Shown here: positions 36,750 through 49,469 of the stretch, in pieces
Layout of the letters: each line of letters starts with the position of its first letter
Numbering within the stretch: position 1 is the stretch's first letter
NCBI GenBank assembly: GCA_904063045.1
Contig: CAJFCJ010000003.1
Location: 2,404,504-2,468,503, forward strand
DNA from: Dimorphilus gyrociliatus
Lineage: Eukaryota > Animalia > Annelida
Reading direction: 5' to 3'
Length of the DNA stretch: 64,000 nt
Program-made: the position numbers and the translations under genes
The notes under the pieces: model-generated
The model's database searches: none
What the model was told of the DNA's origin: nothing
Seen by the model: the letters and a program-made list of their open reading frames with translations, nothing else

Positions 36750-39700
36750 TCAAACAATCCTCTTATAGATTCGCTGTTCGACAAATTGACAGAGGCAAGG
36801 AGCATTTTTAACATGCCTTGGTCTATGTGGAAGCTCAAGTTTTTTCGTTATTAACAAATTTATATATTCGCCGCTGAGGCTTAGCATCAGTTCTTCAGCT
36901 TGCGTCTGTAATTGATGAAACAATTGACGAAGAAAATATATTAATGACGTGGATGTAAACAAAATAAATGTATTTTACTCAAAGAAAAAAATACGCAAAG
37001 TGTTGTATATATATCTTTAGCATACACATACATATATTAGTGTACGTGCGATTATACATATATCTATAAACATATTTATGTAATTTATAGATATAATACA
37101 TATAGTATATATTGTATTTATATATATGTATATGTTAATTCACAAAAATAGTGTTTATAATATATATACAAAGAAACACATACAATTATATATTTATTAT
37201 TTATACTCGTATAAAAGAAAAGTATTTATATCATTGCGTGCTATACCATTATCATCAATGTCCAATAATCGATTTCATGTCCTTATGAAATATTGATTGG
37301 GTTATAAAACGAAAGGTTTAGGCCTAATTTGCCTTTACTTTTAACTTTTAAAAATATATTTAAAGAGAGAAAAAAAAACAAATATAAAATTTTATATTAA
37401 ATAGAAAAGTACGACTTAAGGTCGATATTAAAAACCTTTATAATATTTGAGATAAAGGATTCGTCGAATGAGGACAAGTAATATGTATTAATGAAATACT
37501 TTTTAAAAGTTTCATCTAAATATAGATGCTTTAATATGTCAAATAAATAGAAAAGTAAAAGAGATAAGATTCATTCTCTTCTTTTCTCCTAACAATAAAA
37601 AAGAATAATTAACAGTTTTTTCCTCTCTCTAAAAGCCCTTTAATCTTAAATACAATTGTACCAACCATCAGCGATCTATACATAAACTAAATAAAATAGA
37701 CTTAAAACAGCCTTGTTCATTATACTTGTATTAAATATGCACACTAATGTATTCTCATTTTACCTAAAATACTTGATATATATTAATATGTTCTTTCCTG
37801 ATTTTCTATTCTTAAGTAACGACTCTCTCTCTCTCTATAGTTAGTCATCTTAACTATTCCATTCCCACATCATTCTGTAACCTTCATTAAGAAGGTTATT
37901 ATTAAAACATAAAAAAATTCTATTCAAGCCGCACGACATCATTTGTTATTGTAAGAGGGATACTGCATAATACATTTGTCAACCTTAAAATAAAGCGATA
38001 ATTATTTTTAAATGGGTTTGTTAAAGAAGGGGAAAAAGGAACAAAAGAGAAAAGAAATAGGAGCGAAGAGAGAGAGAGAGAGGAAAAAAGGGAATGATAG
38101 GAAGAAAAGAAAAGATGATTAATTCCTCTCAAATGTTGGAAGGAAATGATAAAAAAAAGAAAATGTGTTAAATAGTATTGAAAATATTTTAATTCATCTG
38201 CTTGTTTAGTAGCGATTTTACATATACAATACTGTATATTAATATTTTATCTATGTTCATCTTGTTTTCTGGTGCTTATACTTTGTTAGAAAACATTTTT
38301 TATAATCATTTAAACTAAGCAATTATAACACTTTTAACGGAAACTTTTTTGAAATTATAATAAGTCTCTCTCACTCTCTCTTCCTCTCTCTTTCTGCTCA
38401 TCTCTGCACATTTAATCTTAATTAATTGATACTAACCTGAACTGCTGCGTTAGTTTGTCCATTTCCGAGTACTTTTGTCCTATCGTTAGCAGCTTCCACG
38501 TCTAGGTCGTGGCCGTTGCATTCCGTATTGGACGCTCTATTAGAGTAAGACCTCTCTTCCATGGCCATAGTTAATTCTTGCAAGTAGGCCTAAAGAACAG
38601 AATTTTGTATCACATATAAGGATTATTTGTATGAGTACAGTTTGTATGTTAATAAAATGATGATTGGCAGTGAAAGAAAGAGCGAAAGGGAGAGTATGGG
38701 GAGGGGTGGAGAGACGGGGAGAAAAACTTGTTACTATGACTACAGAAATTTATGTGATTCGACTGACAATGGCGTGTCGGGTGTAATTACTAGCGAATTT
38801 AAACGGAAGCGTGGTGGCGAATCGTAATGTGATATTTATTGCGGTCTTGTTTATATGTATATTGACTTATTTATCTCAGCTCAAAAATTAACTAGACAGT
38901 ACAAATTTGGAGCGACATTTATTCTATCTAAAACTTTCACTTTTTTGATCAACGCTTTTCATTAAAGGTGTTTACTATGTCATCAACGTAGTACAAGTAC
39001 ACTCTATGAATATTTAAACTCGTATATTTTCTATTCCTTCTTTCTAAGATTCATCATAATTAATTCTTTTATTAATAACAAAAGAAAAACTGTCTACAAA
39101 AACAATTCGATAGAATAAAAAGAGAAATTTCTACTCTGTCTCCTCTTTGTTTTCTTTCCAATTTGCATTAATAGATTCAAGTCTTTTATCAAGAAAGAAC
39201 TTCTCTTCTCTTCAAATTGATTTTTCAGTTTTTCTATCTCATCTTGGAAACAGAAGGAAAGAAAAATCGAAAACAGTAAAAACCATAATTATGTGAAAAT
39301 GACGAGTTAACTGATTTAATGGCAATCATTATGTGAATCATTAAGAAAAATCTGACATTGTTTTTATTCATTATCTAAAATACATTTAAAGATTATTGTC
39401 TTTGATATCTCTTCTTTTATGGGAAGAGAACATGTTATCATTTTATATATATTTATAAATATAATACTATCCCCCTCGATAGGTGTCACTACTTGCACTT
39501 TGTTTATCTTTTACTTCCAAAAGGTTTATTCTTGTAAAGTAAATCGTTTAAGGAAAAAAACGAAATTGTCCTGAACTATAAAGATGATAAATAAACGAGG
39601 TTGATTACATTCTTAATCAAAGGGGAGCAAAGATGGCGCTATAGTGAAAAAACTAGCTCAATAGCCTATAATTTTGGCGTATGGAAAGAAATAGTGTATA

Positions 39701-42700
39701 GTATAAAGCTAAAATCAATGTAATACTTTCCAGATATTAACTAGGAGAAATTATTATCAAATGGCTAATAAATAAACTTACCAAACATGGTCCGAATTCA
39801 AAGTAGAATACATGCAGCTAATATGAAAAAAAGTTAAAGTTAAGGTTAAAACTTCCGATTATAAATAATATATTTTTTCTCTTTTCTCTCCTCTCTTTAC
39901 CATAAGTTAATCGATATTGTATTAGTGTATTGAACAGTGGGAGTTTTATCGAATGGCAATCGCCCCCGTCAAAGACCGTTGTTCATTAAATGGCTCTTTC
40001 TGATCTATTAAGTCGATAAAGCGCGGAGGCGAAAAAAATTGATGGGATTTATCAGATTTTAGAACATCGAAATAAAATAGAAAAAGGATACGTAATATTT
40101 GTTGCAGTCTGCTATACCCAAATTTTCAATACCCGCTAATAAGTTGTATTTAACTAGCGTGGAATTGACTTGAGTTAAGTGTTTGTAGGTTGCCTCTTTC
40201 ATCTGTAATAAAACGTTTTTTTCTATAATAAAGAGACAAAACAGGGTTAAACATGCCTAAAGAATTATAACATTATCACGTTATTTTAATATAGCCTATC
40301 CACTCTTTACATGCATATCTCTTTAACAATATCAATCTTTTCCTCTGATAAAACGTTGGACAAGTGAAAGGATAAAGATAGAGATTCGCGCCTATAAATA
40401 ATAAAAAGAATGAGAGATTTGAAAAAGGGGAAAAAGATTCTAAAAGGATAGAAGAATAGTTTTTTTGCTTTTATAGAGTGGAAAAGTGTCGAAAACTGCT
40501 TTGCGCTTAACTTAAAAAAAGCTATCAATTTATGCGGGGGGAGGAGGAAATTTACGTTAGAAGAGATATCGAGTAAAACGATAGTACTCAGTAATTGATA
40601 TAAAAATAAAATGGGTGAAAATAATTAGATGACTAAAAGCATTTTTCCCTAAAAAATATGTGCAAATCTATCCTATATTATTCTTATTATTTGAATGTGA
40701 TATATATAAGCTATATACAATATTCAGTCTGTACTATATATGCATTAATTACTGCAATCTCCAGTATAGTGTATATTCGCTATTCTGTGAAATTTATTGC
40801 ACTATTTTAACTGCAAAGTTTCTTCTACTGCCCCATCTCTCTTTTTATATAAATATATATCTACCAATTCTCTATCTCTCTCTCTCTTTCTGTTTTTCTC
40901 TCTTTATCTCTTCTCTCTGCCTCTTTCTCTTTTATATCTCCAGTCTTTCTTTCCAAGTCTCTCTTGCCTTGTCCGTCTCCATCCTTTTCGTCCCTACCTC
41001 TTTCTCTATTTTATCTGATGTCTTTTTTCAAACTCTCTATCTCTGTCCTGTATAATATCGATGAAGTAATCCGAAATGAATTAATAACGTATTCTTCATT
41101 ACAAATGCCCTCTAACGGTTCTTTTTCTATGTAAACAAAGCAGGCTTATATAATTATTTAGCACTATTTCTGGCATTCCCGTGATAATTTGAGAAGATTT
41201 AACTCAGAGAGATAGAGAAACATGGAGCTATGGAGAGAGAGGCAAACAGATAGACAGACGAATAGAGATACACAAAGGGGAAAAAAGGGATATAAACAAT
41301 GGGATAAAGTGGGAGTTAAGGCTAGAGAAGAATGTAAATATGTAAATCTGAAATATCATTATTGTTAATGATTGATACGGAATATTTATATAGTTTATTT
41401 ATTGATAAATTAATAAGCATGCAAGGAAGAAATGATAAAAATCGTTGAATTTATCTATGACAATTTGTGAGGATCTATTTTTTTTCTCTTTTATTCCCTG
41501 TAGATAATTTAAGATAATACGAACCTTACGCCTAGAGATATGTGTGATAACCATATAAACGGTAAGAATGCACAACCAGACTATAGCACCATGAACAATT
41601 TCAACCCCTGCTAACCCAGTGGATTTGGGAAGAAAGAAACGCTCTATGGCTGGTACGAGTGTTAGACAGAGTAGCAATAATATGCCGAACGTTACTATTG
41701 CCAAAGGCATATTATAGCACCAAACGTGACAAGTAAATTTAGCATCCGACATTAATTCGTTCACAACATCCTGCCACTCGTCGATTGGTATCTATTTTGA
41801 AGGATATATATTTTTAAAACAGACGAAAAGTTCATAGGTGATTTCTTAATTAAGGATACAGAGAAGATGAAAAGGGCAAATAAGCTTAACTATTAATTAA
41901 TTTAATAGAATTTGTAGAATAATTTAACCTGTATTCCATTTAGTGGCAACTCTTCCGGAAGTTTATCGGTTTCGATTAATTCTCTACCGCAAAACCGCCA
42001 CCGAGATTTAATGCTGACTAACAGATGTCCCGTTTGCAAATCTGCAATTGTCGAAAAGAGAAAAATAGTTGGCTAGCTGTGCAACAACGATAAGTTTAAT
42101 GCGATCGTCTTTACAGGCGGAAAAATACGATTACGCAATTTGCGAATTTGATATGTGTGTATCTGTGATATTAGTATATAATATATTAAATATCTAAAAC
42201 AGTCTTTTAGGTATAAAAACATAAGAAGTAGATAACCTAGAAAACTACTTGTCATCTCAACGATCTTTTTTTCCTTCGAGATCTACGAAAAGTGCATAGA
42301 CTGAAACTTCTTGTTGAAAAGAATTTCACTTAAATTTTCTGTCATTATTTTCTTAAAAAAAAGTCAATCAAGTGCATAATGGAGGACAAAGTTCTCATTT
42401 TCCGCCCCTGTCCATAATCTTGTCATATTTTTTTTTTGCTTATGACCCTCTCTATTCTCTTCTTTTTCATCCAATAAGCTTTTTATTTGAAAAAATTAAA
42501 AAGATTACACTTATAATCGTTGTCTTCCCTCGATCGTGTAATATCTGACACAAAGTTTCCCCATATTACGGATATCTTACATTGTTAATGTTTTTGTAAA
42601 ATCCCCTTTTTATCTACGAATAAGAAAGGCTTCTAAATTCCAAAGAGAAACAGTATTGGCTTATTTTATCTATTGATAATTCTTTCAGTCTCTTTTCGAT

Positions 42701-45700
42701 TTTTGTCTTCATCACATGTTAAAGCTACTTTTCTTGCCAAACTAGGTTTTTTGTAACGTATAATTATAGATACTGTATGTATGAATATTTACTATTCTTT
42801 CTTTTTTGGAGATGGGAGGAAATTTAGTTACTATTTTCTTCTCTCATCCCCCTAGCAGATAAAGAGAAGCCTCCCACTAGGCAAACTTTCGCTTAATCGC
42901 CGCCAAATCCAATTTTCATCAAAACCTCAAATATAAAATCGTCCCAAGTATAAAATAAGATTATTTAACGTACCGCTGCTTACTCCTAGCATAGATATCG
43001 AACCAGATATTAAAGTTTGTTCAGTTGTTGGCGTCTCGGCTGTTGAAATACAATTGAATTAATAATAATTATAAAGTATAATTAAGTCTAATCAATGTAA
43101 ACAGATGAGATTTTATTAAAAAACAGAGGGATTTTCCCAACAAAGTTCAAGGTTGTATTTATATATTATGATATTAACTATTGCATGACGTATTTATACA
43201 GTATATTTAGGAAAAAGGATGAATTAAGGACCAATCGAATATGTGTAAAAGTGTTGAATAAAAATTAATTTTCATGATTAAGTGGCTTAGTAAGGAAAGA
43301 GAAATTAAGAGGATTAAAAGAATATATAGGCGATTAATCTTTTAAAGTATTCGCTGCTAACGTTTTTCAATAAAACCGTTCAATCATACTAAACCACCTT
43401 TTATACCTTTCGTTTAATTTAATTGATGTGATATAATTAATTTATAATCATAATGAATAAGATAGTCTAAGTATTATCTTCCAAGAAAATAAGGAGAAAA
43501 TCGTAACGTCATTAATTTGTAAAGTAGAAAATAAATTAAAGAATATCGAATGAGTTTAACCTACTCGTCAGAGACTTATCTTACGTGTTTAGAATAAATA
43601 TGAGCTATTTTGATGTTTATAAAGATCTGGATCAATTTTTTTCGTCTCTCGTAAAGACGCCACATTATGTAAAAATTTCTCTACCGTTTAATCAGGGACG
43701 CTTATTTTGTATTCTCAATTTGGAAGACATTTCTTTCCTTTCTCAAGATTTTTTTAGCTGTTTGTCTTTCGGAAAGTTACTTTGTTTTTTTTTTGCTTAT
43801 ACTTACAACCAGTGCAGATAGCATTAACAAGTTTCCACCACCAATCCTTTTCAAATGCCGCGTCTATACACCTGAAATCGGCAAGTGACGCCGGTAAGTC
43901 ACATTTCTGCAGTCTAACTACTAAAGCATCATTGTTGGTGAATAATCTTTCAACCAATATCCAAGTTTTGTTTAAAAAATCAGGAGAAATGACTACAACC
44001 GATCTTAGAGATTTCTTCATACCATTCTCAATAGCTTCAGAGGAATAAGGTTCTGACGGATCAAGATCTCTCTCGGATGAACAACAGCGTAAATTGCAGG
44101 CTTCCAATTTATTAATAACAGATAATACCCAATCCCTATCGTTATCATCATAGATGAAGAACGCATGATATCTTAGGTTATTTGTGAGGAATGGAAGACG
44201 TAACTGTATAGAAATAAAGATATAGGATTTAATCGTTGGAAGAAAATAGTAATTTTTTTAATTCCAATCCTTCTGTCCATTTGACCCTCCCTTCTCAATA
44301 GTTGAGAAGTAATCGAGATAAGAGGGAAATTTAGCGTACGAAATGTCTTACGAAGGGGGTTTTAGCGTCTACCCAGCATTTGGTTTCAGCCTATTGCTGA
44401 GTCTACTGAGACCCCTCTCATCGTACGAGTGGCGGTTGACTTCAAAGCCTCCCTTAGTCGCTAAAACCTGATTCAATTGAATCCAAAACGTCTTAAAAAC
44501 AATTGTTTTCTTCTGTTTGTAAAGTAAACTCAAATTCTAAATAATCCAAGAAAAGTAAGCTAAGTCTAAGAATTCACTAAATAGTTAAGTCCTATTGAAA
44601 AGGGGGATAAGATCTTCATTTTCTCAAATTTTCCATTTTTGCACGAGTGTTGGTAAACTAAATTCGTTACTCTGATTAACTGAACGTGAAAATGCAGGTA
44701 ATTCAATCCCGAAAAATGGCTTTAAACACTTCTAAAGTTCTTTTTAAGATAGACCTTTTGATGAAAAAAACTGGAAAGCAGTTGTAAATGTTAAAGGGTA
44801 CACTGGCTTTAAAAACCGAGTTGGATAGACGACAGAAATCGAATAAGAGCCCTCTTTTTGTAAGGGTAAAAATATATGCGGATCTAGGTACCCTGTACAG
44901 CTGTTGTAGAGTGGTAAGAATTGATCGGTTATTGGTAAAAGATACTTTTTATTCTTTCTCCTATTTTATTTTTAAATGAGTTTTATATAAAGAGATTTTT
45001 AAAGCTTCAATTAGATTTCTATCTTTTGATCTAAATCATCAAAGAAACATTCGTTAAAAGTTTAAAATTATACAAATTTATTCATAATTAATATTTAAAA
45101 CAATAGCAAGCGAAACTTGTTATTGCCTTAGGAATTCTTTTTACCAATAAATAAGACAACCTTCTTTCCAGGTAATAATTATAACTGTTTCTGATAATGG
45201 CTGTTACCTTAATTTTTTAAACTTGAGTCCTTTTCTGAAAACTACGTAACACATGAGACATAATTTCATAATCTCAAACTAGTATATATTTTTCCCTCTT
45301 ATTAAATTGGCGCTCGTATTTTTCTTATTTAACTAGTAAGAAAGTTAATAGGGGGCTAAAATGTTATATAGCCTCTTACGTAGCCAACGGCAACGATTTT
45401 CTTCATCTTTGAATTCCCAGTCTCCACACTACTCCCTTCCTCCCTCTTTCCCTCCCTCACTCCTCCCACTGTCTTTTTCTACGCACACCCTTTTTCTCTC
45501 TCGTTCTTTTTTTATATTGGTATATTTTCCTTTCTTTTCACGCTTGCTTGTTTTCTTCCATTCGATCCCTCCACCCCTTAGACGTTCTGTCTCATTTTGT
45601 CTATCAAAGTCTTTTTAACGTAACGTACAGGATTATCTATAAGAAAATTACGCGTCTTAATTGACAAAGATGCTCTTGCGTTTTCTTCGAGCGTAATTAA

Positions 45701-48556
45701 TATATAATATCATCTTCCTAACTTTTACTGTAATTCATATTATATCTTGACCTTTTGAAAAAACTCGTCGCAGAAGTTCTAATAGTGCTACGCTCAATAA
45801 GTGTACCAATTTTTGGACATTTCTTTAATTAGTATTTGTATGTACCGTATTTCAATCAATTAATTTAAATTTCATTCGCAGAAATAAACTAGAGAAACAA
45901 ATTTTTATCAGTTGGTAAAAGTGAATGGAAGATGACTATAGAAAGAGAAAATGAGAGGAGGAAAAGTCTATAACCTTGGCTCCTGTTTTTTCTTTTTAAC
46001 TAGAAATAGTATATTTCCGAGTTGAATTTCTTCTTTAGAAGCTCGATTAGAAGAGGAAATGAAAATATTTGAAAATTTTGAAACTAAAGTAGTCTATCAA
46101 TTAGTTAGAAAAACATTTAAAACAAATAAAAAATCAACGCAAAATAATGACAAACTGTCAAAAGTCTGAGCAGGAAAGAGTTCTGATTGTATTTACACCC
46201 ATAGGCTATATCAATCATTCAAACCATTCATTCATTCTCCCACTCTTTTCGTATTTCATCAAAGAATCACACTTAAAATTCTTGCCGTTCTCCTTTCATG
46301 ATTTTTCTTCACAATGTATTGTTCTCAGAAATGGAATTAACTGTGGGAAATCAGTCGTGGGAAACAAGAGAGATTCGGTCCTAAGACAGTAAGCTTTCCA
46401 GAAATCCCTAATTACTTTTATAAATACTTTACCTCCCCTACAGAAATCTTCCGCTATCAAATTCTTTATGTAATAAATAAACTTGAGGAAAAATGTTATT
46501 CAAATGAATAATTAATTATTCATAAATATTAATTAAATTTATAAGGAAAACTTTTTGTCTTGGGTTATTGTTGACAAACAGCTAAATTAGATTTACTATA
46601 TAAAATTAGTAATTTATCTATAAATTTAAAAGGTTACAGCCTCTTTTGCCCTAGTCTCCTTTTACTCTCCTTTCCTTTATCCTCTTTGCTCCTTCACCTC
46701 ATTTTACATTCTTATAAATAATTCATGAAAAATTTTCTTTTACTTATCTAATAAATATATTTCAACTACAGGAAACTATATATAATATAGTTCGAATATT
46801 CGATTTTGCAGTTTGGCACTATCAACTAGATTAAGGACAAACTATTTAGCAATTTTTCAATGACTTTTGCAAGTTCCTCTATTATTATTATTATTATTAT
46901 TATTATTGTTATTCGACCTTGAAAATTTATTACCATTATTCAAATCCCAACTGGAACATATTTACCCACATTTAATTTGATATTTATAGTCTTAGACAAA
47001 CAATGTATGCAGTGCACATACACATCATAAGTATATATATAATATTGAGTGTACGTGTCCTGGAGCTATAACATTATGACGCAATATATTTAACTTTCAC
47101 TAAAGATTTCAATCACTACATGTGTGTATTGAAAAAAAACTGATAATTACAAACCATCCGATTCTGTTCCACCCTCAAACGAATAAATGCATTGTAACGG
47201 TTTAGAATTTATTATCGATTTGTATTATTCTACTTTCTGATGGAAGGTTTGATAACGAAAAAGAGTAAAAGGAAATAAAAGGCTTCTATTTTTTCTTTCT
47301 AAATAATAACTAGATGGAACCCTAAAATCATATGTTCTTATTTATTATTAATACGTGGAATAGTAACTCTTTCAAGTTTGTCCCATCTGTCTGAGTGTTT
47401 ATTGAAATATCGGTATATATCAACTATCAGACTTAATTACATAAAAGATTAAACCTGACCCTATTAGTATTACCTGTTTATATTTATATACATATAAATA
47501 TATATATATATATATATACAGTATACATTTATATAGTATATCTTATAGAATAGTTTGTTTTTATCTGATTTGTCTCTGTTTTTTTTTCTTTTTTTTTACA
47601 AAACTTCATAAAAAACAACGATTAAACATTTCGAAAACAAAAAAAAAAATAAAAATAAAATGGGAACACAAACATAACAAAAACACAACAAAAAGAGAAA
47701 AGAATTCTTTATTATCTTACTAATTGATATGTGAGTGTTGGAAATATATTAATAGCTAAATAATTATTCGTCTGCTATTCGGTTCTATTTTATTTTCACA
47801 AATAATTAATTTTGTAATATACTCTTCTTTATTTTTTTTCTATTATCGATCAATAGAAGAAACTAACAAATTAGCAATTGAAAATTTTAATAGATAATAA
47901 TGTTTCTTTCTCTCTTTTTGCGGTTGTTAAGGGATTTACTGCTAATTAGTAGGAGAATCTAATAGATTAATAGATAATAGATATATATATATATACTCTT
48001 TAATGAAATTATTTATTGCTTTTCGTTTTTATCGATAGGTTAGGGATGAGTATCATACAAGGTGTGAGATTCAGTTATACAATTCCTTTGTAATTTTAAC
48101 ATTATTGTGCATCAACAGGTTAGTCTATCTCTTATATTTATAGTATATTAAAATACATATATGAACGCTTGAATAGACGTATTGGCTCTTAGCCAAACGT
48201 ATAATTAATTCTCGCTCTAAATAATAAAAGAAAATTATTGTATAAACTCGTACCTTTCCTGGCATCTTCAGACCGGAGTTAGGACGGAACGGAAAGTCCA
48301 AGTTGAGCGTTAATTTCGAACGTAGTTGCTTAGTAGATTCCGAATTTGAGATAAAAGTCGATTCGATTTCCTTTTCTACATCTTCGTTTTTAGAGTCTAA
48401 TCTTTCTAAAGATAGATTTTCAAATGTCTGCCATTCCTTTTCATCCGTATTATCCATGTCTGATTTCAAAGCTGTATATTTACACTGCACGGTGTTCGAA
48501 TTGTCACTGGCTATCGAATTCATCGACAGATGGCGTCGTGGAGATAGAAGAGCCAT
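36750..48556 (-). CDS. TIR-domain + TMEM268-like membrane protein, 8 exons, about 511 aa
   Basis: complement(join(36750..36905,38437..38589,39782..39817,40092..40202,41525..41791,41929..42041,43807..44203,48254..48556)) = 1536 nt; all introns GT-AG, phases 0,1,0,0,0,0,0 consistent. TIR: YHAFFIYDDNDRDWV, CCSSERDLDP, VVVISPDFLNKTWILVE, WWWKLVNAI. TMEM268-like: GIQIPIDEWQDVV, two hydrophobic helices, VNSTLVKYNLLAGI, HVFYFEFGPCL, AEELMLSLSGEYINLL and RHVKNAPCLCQFVE. Confidence 0.82.
40860..41050. repeat. CT-rich low-complexity tract in an intron
   Basis: Imperfect (CT)n/TCTT repeats; source of spurious ORFs 40660..41055 and 40797..41018. Confidence 0.75.
46881..46907. repeat. (ATT)9 microsatellite
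   Basis: Directly read. Confidence 0.9.
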
Positions 48557-49208
48557 TCCTCTACTTCAATTCTTTTTATACTCTGAAGAATTTTCAATTT
48601 CCGTTTGATAAGCTGTTCTGTCATTTGGATTGGAGAAAAATATACTTCTATTTAAATAAAATGAATTTAATTCATATTTGGAAAGGATAACATGAAAAGA
48701 GAATTTTGGCTCAGGGCTAATCGCACAAAAGACTAGACATAATTGCACCAACGGCATTACTTATTCCGAGTGGCGCCTCTTATCAAAATCTTACGCCTTG
48801 CCTGATGCTATTAGGTTAATGTCGTTTGCAAATTTCACTCATTTTTACAAAGAAACGCTTTCATAAAATAATTGACCATTCAATGTAATTCAGTTTGTAA
48901 ACTTGTTTTGCTATCTTCACCTTAATGTTTCCTGTTTTTTAGTTTTGGATGATCTTTACCTGATTGCGCAATGTATACAACACATTTTTTCTTTGATATA
49001 AATATATAAAAGTATATATGTAGTTACAATAAATATTTATATAAGTAATTGAGTCATATATTAAAATAAAAACTCATTTATTATTCATTTTTAATATAGT
49101 AATAACCAGATAAAGCACTTTGCAAAGTTATTAAAAAGTTCACCAGGAACATAACTTAAAGGTTAATTAGCTCCTTATTTCAAAAGAATGCTCGGAATAA
49201 TAATTTCA

Positions 49209-49469
49209 CACCTGTTCACCGGCTCGTTAGAATAATCATAAATAAATCATAGTTAAATTCTGTAAAGTCAGAATTTTAGCGAATTGTCCAAACTATAAAG
49301 TAAAAAGCCTAAAGATGGCGCCCCTTCTCAGTAAATTCTTTTTGATATTGCGAAACATTTCATTCTAAAAAGTGAATTTATAGATGAGAAAGGAGATATT
49401 ATCGAAAAAAACGCACCTGTTTTTTTTATAGATTCATTAATAAATATATAAAAGGACTATACACCTGTT
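49209..49469. promoter_or_regulatory. Three CACCTGTT E-boxes plus a YY1-like AAGATGGCG upstream of the TIR gene
   Basis: CACCTGTT at 49209, 49414 and 49462; AAAGATGGCG at 49311-49320. Confidence 0.4.

Noticed and set aside
38955-39005. YVDDI peptide resembling a reverse-transcriptase motif
   Set aside because: It sits in an 18-codon closed frame with no other RT motifs, LTRs or target-site duplication.
40660-41055. 131-aa hydrophobic ORF
   Set aside because: Translation of a CT-rich low-complexity intron tract.
26896-44203. TIR + ADP-ribosylhydrolase + phnX read as a prokaryote-style NAD/defence island
   Set aside because: The genes are spliced (except phnX), separately oriented and 7-15 kb apart, and ARH3 is an ordinary conserved animal gene. 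No operon logic.
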